From assembly GCA_007693855.1 (NCBI GenBank), contig RECU01000042.1, positions 11,733-75,732 on the forward strand: a stretch of 64,000 bases of DNA, given 5' to 3'. Below the pieces are notes generated by a model, which saw only the letters and a list, made by a program, of their open reading frames with translations, was not told where the DNA came from and did not search any database. Source of the stretch: Gammaproteobacteria bacterium. GTDB taxonomy: Bacteria > Pseudomonadota > Gammaproteobacteria > Steroidobacterales > PWYM01. Below, one piece after another: positions 62,958-64,000 of the stretch; the stretch's first letter is position 1; each line of letters opens with the position of its first letter. Made by a program: the position numbers and the translations under genes.

Positions 62958-64000
62958 ATGGACGATTATCTCGAACGGATCCTCAAGGCCAGCGTCTACG
63001 ACGTCGCGATCGAAACCCCGCTGGAGCCTGCGCGCAGGCTCAGTGAACGCCTCGGCGAATGCGTGCTGTTCAAGCGCGAAGATCTTCAACCGGTCTTCTC
63101 GTTCAAGCTGCGCGGCGCCTATAACCGGATCTCCCACCTCACTGCCGACGAACGTGCCTGCGGCGTGATCGCCAGCTCTGCGGGGAATCACGCCCAGGGT
63201 GTCGCGCTTGCTGCACGCCGGCTCGGCACCCGTGCGGTCATCGTGATGCCCACGCTCACACCCTCGATCAAGGTACAGGCCGTGGAGGCCCTCGGCGCGG
63301 AGATTCTGCTGCACGGCGAAACCTATGACGATGCCTACGCGGAAGCCCGCAGGCAGGCGGATGCCGCAGGGTTTGTGTTCATCCACCCGTTCGACGATCC
63401 GGACGTCATCGCCGGCCAGGGCACCATCGGCATGGAGATCCTGCGCCAGCGGCCGACACCCCCGGAGACGATCTTCGTGCCGATCGGCGGCGGCGGGTTG
63501 ATGGCCGGGATCGCCTGCTATGTCAAATCTCTCTATCCGGAAGTGCGCATGATCGGCGTCGAGCCGAGGGAAGCGGCGAGCATGCAGGCGGCGCTTGCCG
63601 CAGGCGAGCCCGTCACGCTCCCCGAGGTCGGCATCTTCGCGGATGGTGTGGCGGTGCGGCGGGTAGGCGACGAGACCTTCCGCCTGTGCCGGCGCTATGT
63701 CGACGAGATCGTGCTGGTCAGCACCGATGAGATCTGTGCCGCGATCCGTGACATCTTCGAGGACACCCGCACCCTGGTGGAGCCGGCCGGCGCCCTGGCG
63801 GTGGCGGGGCTGAAGCGCTGGCTTGCCGACAACCCGGGACAGGGCCGGTGTCATGTCACGGTGAACTGCGGCGCCAACGTCAACTTCGACCGGCTCAAGC
63901 ACATCGCCGAGCGTGCCGACATCGGCGAGCAGCGCGAAGCCCTGCTGGCCGTGGAAATCCCGGAGCGCCCCGGGGCCTTCCGGGCCTTCTGCGAAACCAT
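62958..64000 (+). CDS. ilvA: Biosynthetic threonine ammonia-lyase (threonine dehydratase), 5' part; continues beyond the window
   Basis: Absent from the ORF track (no stop in the window). From the ATG at 62958: MDDYLERILKASVYDVAIETPLEPARRLSERLG..VLFKREDLQPVFSFKLRGAYN...SAGNHAQGVALAA... Confidence 0.92.
   Translation, partial: MDDYLERILKASVYDVAIETPLEPARRLSERLGECVLFKREDLQPVFSFKLRGAYNRISHLTADERACGVIASSAGNHAQGVALAARRLGTRAVIVMPTLTPSIKVQAVEALGAEILLHGETYDDAYAEARRQADAAGFVFIHPFDDPDVIAGQGTIGMEILRQRPTPPETIFVPIGGGGLMAGIACYVKSLYPEVRMIGVEPREAASMQAALAAGEPVTLPEVGIFADGVAVRRVGDETFRLCRRYVDEIVLVSTDEICAAIRDIFEDTRTLVEPAGALAVAGLKRWLADNPGQGRCHVTVNCGANVNFDRLKHIAERADIGEQREALLAVEIPERPGAFRAFCET

Overview
This is a GC-rich, densely coding chromosomal segment, probably proteobacterial (the taxon is an inference). 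I support about 68 protein-coding genes. I found no rRNA, tRNA, CRISPR array, integrase, transposase or phage genes, and no obvious compositional island. The only AT-rich stretches are three short promoter regions at about 36.25-36.4 kb, 44.6-44.7 kb and 55.85-55.96 kb.

Main blocks:
- **1-11.8 kb:** fbp, a secreted HExxH peptidase, gpx-osmC, a beta-CASP MBL nuclease, two tandem TPR+TonB-C paralogues, a reprolysin-like metalloprotease with a GlyGly-CTERM-like tail, and a phosphatase-MFS pair.
- **11.9-26.9 kb:** an uninterrupted same-strand array of 17 genes. It holds a cytoplasmic four-subunit group 3b-type [NiFe] hydrogenase with an embedded stand-alone cNMP-binding protein. This is followed by the endopeptidase, a short HypA and hypFCDE (no hypB). 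A six-gene, overlap-coupled CMP-sugar-acid-like cassette comes last.
- **30.5-32.9 kb:** a heme-PAS FixL / FixJ pair plus a degenerate receiver that lacks the phospho-acceptor Asp.
- **42.7-45.2 kb:** a dual-PAS sigma-54 activator facing three dyad sites, a sigma-54 promoter and a small secreted protein of unknown function.
- **54.2-57.8 kb:** an unusual MerR regulator, a cysteine-dioxygenase-like cupin, an Lrp regulator and sbtA/sbtB.
- **57.9-62.4 kb:** an ABC-2 / GldG / DUF4340 module.
- **Rest of the window:** housekeeping and redox genes, including metC, dacB, GST, ybbN, pip and ilvA.

Nothing here matches a recognisable defence, toxin or mobile system. The candidates I rank highest are the sigma-54 module with its TonB-box-like secreted target, the CMP-sugar-like cassette attached to the hyp genes, the cNMP protein inside the hydrogenase operon, and the FixLJ-linked pseudo-receiver.

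All family assignments come from reading motifs by eye. No searches were run.
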